Of a DNA stretch of 64,000 nucleotides, positions 61,696 to 64,000 are shown in pieces. Position 1 is the stretch's first letter, and the number at the start of each line of letters is the position of its first letter. The notes beneath the pieces are model-generated. The model saw only the letters and a program-made list of their open reading frames with translations. It was not told where the DNA came from and did not search any database. Where the stretch lies: NCBI GenBank assembly GCA_036172245.1, contig JAYWIR010000023.1:1922001-1986000 (forward strand), given 5' to 3'. The translations under genes and the position numbers were made by a program. Source of the stretch: Raillietiella orientalis (taxonomy: Eukaryota).

Positions 61696-62200
61696 ACTAG
61701 CCTCAACCAAGAGATCATCGGACGCCCTCAAGACAGGAATTTTCAAGCTAGTAATGCTAGCTGGATCTCTGATGTTACCATCATCATCCTTCAAATTAAA
61801 ACCTTCAAAGCGCTTATCTCTCTCTGTTAGCTTCCAAGTTTAATGATTTTGTCATTTGTAGATAGAAGGAAATGAGAATGGTTCTGGATGTGAACCCATT
61901 TGATTTTATTGATCTTTTCTTCTATTTCTAAACTCTTCAAGTAGTCAAATTCAGCTTCATGGCTTTGGAATATACTGTACAATGTGTACTCTGGATGCCT
62001 GCATAAAGGATTCCATGTCTTTGTATTTGGATATCTTTGAAACACTACCACCCTGCCACCTTTGTCTCCAGTAGCAAGAAATTCACCATCATGATTGAAT
62101 TCCACACAAGATATAAGATCAGCTTCATTTCATTTATCTCTTCATCTACAGTTACTTTAACTTCACAAAAATACCACTGGATCTCTCCATTGCCTGTCAT
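61696..62200 (-). pseudogene. tws: intronless, frameshifted 5' fragment of protein phosphatase 2A B55 regulatory subunit (twins/PPP2R2)
   Basis: [54 protein letters not shown]...[25 protein letters not shown]...[59 protein letters not shown], after which homology stops. A 5-nt duplication (AATGA) at ~62126-62135 and a 1-nt deletion at ~61836 break the frame. Confidence 0.93.
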
Positions 62201-62899
62201 ATCACTCCAATCAGTTTGCTGAATCATGCAGGGGTGAAAATGCAACCTACACCAATTACTTTAAGAGTTCTAATTTTGCATGTACATTGACTACGACTTG
62301 AGATCAAAGACATTATATCTACAGAACTTTATACATCAACTGCAAATACACGGTTTGTATCACATCGTGTTTTTTTTTTTTTTTTTTCTGGGAATTCTGC
62401 TTTTCCTTTGTCAAAATATGCAGACATCTCATGGAGCACCGATTGTTTCTCTCAGTTATTCGCATCGCATCCCAGGAGATAAAAAAGCCTCTCTGCATCA
62501 TGAGATCTGTCAGCAGCTTCTGGTCAGCATCTTACCTACTCTTGCTGGCCCAAGTGTCTGATTGTACAATCAAAGGCAGAAGAATTCCCATGAATTCTCT
62601 ATCTCTGTGTGCTGATCTCAACGCACTGTGCAAGCAGTCCAGTGAAGTTTCCTCGGGATGCCCTATACATGCAACCTTGGCTGGCTGAAGATTCGTCTTC
62701 CACGTTTTTTCATTTGAAGACAAGTGGGAACACGGAGGAATCCATTTGCACCCGATGGGGCAGCTACTGGAGCCTTGACGTGGCCTGTGGATTTCAGCCA
62801 CGTCAGCCGCGGCGTCTTCGAAGCTCCACAAAGCACTGCTGCGCACACTCACCATTTGTGCTAGTGTCTCATGAGTCACAGTGGCGTTATGTAATGTGA

Positions 62900-64000
62900 A
62901 AGGTCGAAATTTTTGCTTCATCGAGCGGATTTTGACTGCGGCCAATTTTGTTCTTTCGGAACAAACGTCATGCTGGAGCGGCCTGCCACTTTGGGTTGCA
63001 TTCCTCCGGGTTCTCTTGGATGCAAACTGCTCCCAACTCATGGCGAGCGGTCCAACGAAAATCGCCGTTCGTGTTTCCTCCTAAAAGACCTCTTGGTATT
63101 CCCCTGTGGCATGCTGCCTAAAGTGCACCCTAGATCGGATTCTAGTCTCTGGATCTCCAAAGACATTGGAGGGTGGAATGGACACGAATCGGCTGCCAAA
63201 GTCCAATCGTACACAGAAAAAAATTTCTGGATTTGTTGCGAAAGACATCGCTTGTGATGTCTGCTTTGGATCTCGGCCTTTGAGAATGCAGAAGTGCACC
63301 TCCAAGTGCTCCATGAAGACGGGCTTTTCCCACCTTCCCCTGACCAGCCCAAAGTTGCATTTCAGGGGAGACTCTTGCACCTTACCTATCATAGGGAGGT
63401 GAACAAATATCTTTGGGAGGAAGCTTGCGTTACCTTCGTGCTCCTGACTTCGACATCAAGCTGGTGAAGAGAGGGAAATTTTATCTAGGAGAACCAGATA
63501 TTCCCCACCAGCAGATAGAGGTTGCAGTCGATGACAGACTGCTATTTCCTGCCCGATGACTGAGGCGATTCTTCCAGTGGACCCTCGCGTGAAAAGCTGG
63601 ATGCTGACCTTCTCCTTTCTGATATGTTCCACCTGGCAGTGCAAGACTCACAGCTTCCTCAACAGAAGACTGGGTCAGAATCCAAAAATCTCAGAATCCA
63701 AAGAACTCCACAACGAATGTTGTATCGGTTCTGCAACTCCGATGGGTCAGCGATCAGAGGTGTGGAGTCGATTCCTTATGTCTACTCTGATTTCATTGCC
63801 TTGCTTTTTCCAAAGCCATCGGAAAACTTTTAAAAGAGCAAAACAGCATCGGAGATGATTCCTCTCTCGCCTCGTAGCATCAAGTGGTACGTGGCTGGAT
63901 TACGTTTCTCTGGACCGTAATTTCATCTCTGCATCCACCAATCTGTCACGGAAAACGGAAAAAAGTAATTGCAATGCTAGCAGGAGGCATGCAAAAGACA
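62900..64000 (+). mobile_element. degenerate L1/Tx1-like RT fragment running off the window
   Basis: VLHEDGLF (KspG.DGl, ~63306-63330) and DIKLVKRGK...VAVDDRLL...LRR (ItLipKg...nvDyKil...Rl). DNA similarity to 49260-49500. Confidence 0.45.

Overview
This is eukaryotic, very probably arthropod, nuclear DNA. Three things point that way: a mitochondrial insertion that reads in the invertebrate code, a DUF4789-type gene, and a twins-like PP2A-B55 fragment. The window is gene-poor. About half of it consists of roughly a dozen very old, collinear L1/Tx1-like LINE fossils on both strands, and these explain most of the short ORFs in the track. Three copies of an apparently unnamed tRNA-derived SINE are also present. 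Supported genes are a Cys-rich DUF4789-like gene (19931-21220, minus) and a tandem pair of two-exon secreted paralogs (34424-35901 and 38147-38830, plus). The pair's cysteine spacing suggests a cystatin fold, but they lack the QxVxG and PW inhibitory motifs. A spliced minus-strand unit (23658-26063) has frame-preserving micro-exons and two in-frame TAGs, and may be a third, disabled member. One of its introns carries an atp6-cox3 NUMT. A frameshifted, intronless PP2A-B55 fragment lies at 61696-62200. The best candidate for something undescribed is this cluster of non-canonical secreted cystatin-like genes. All calls come from manual reading and remembered family motifs; no searches were run, and LINE boundaries are approximate.
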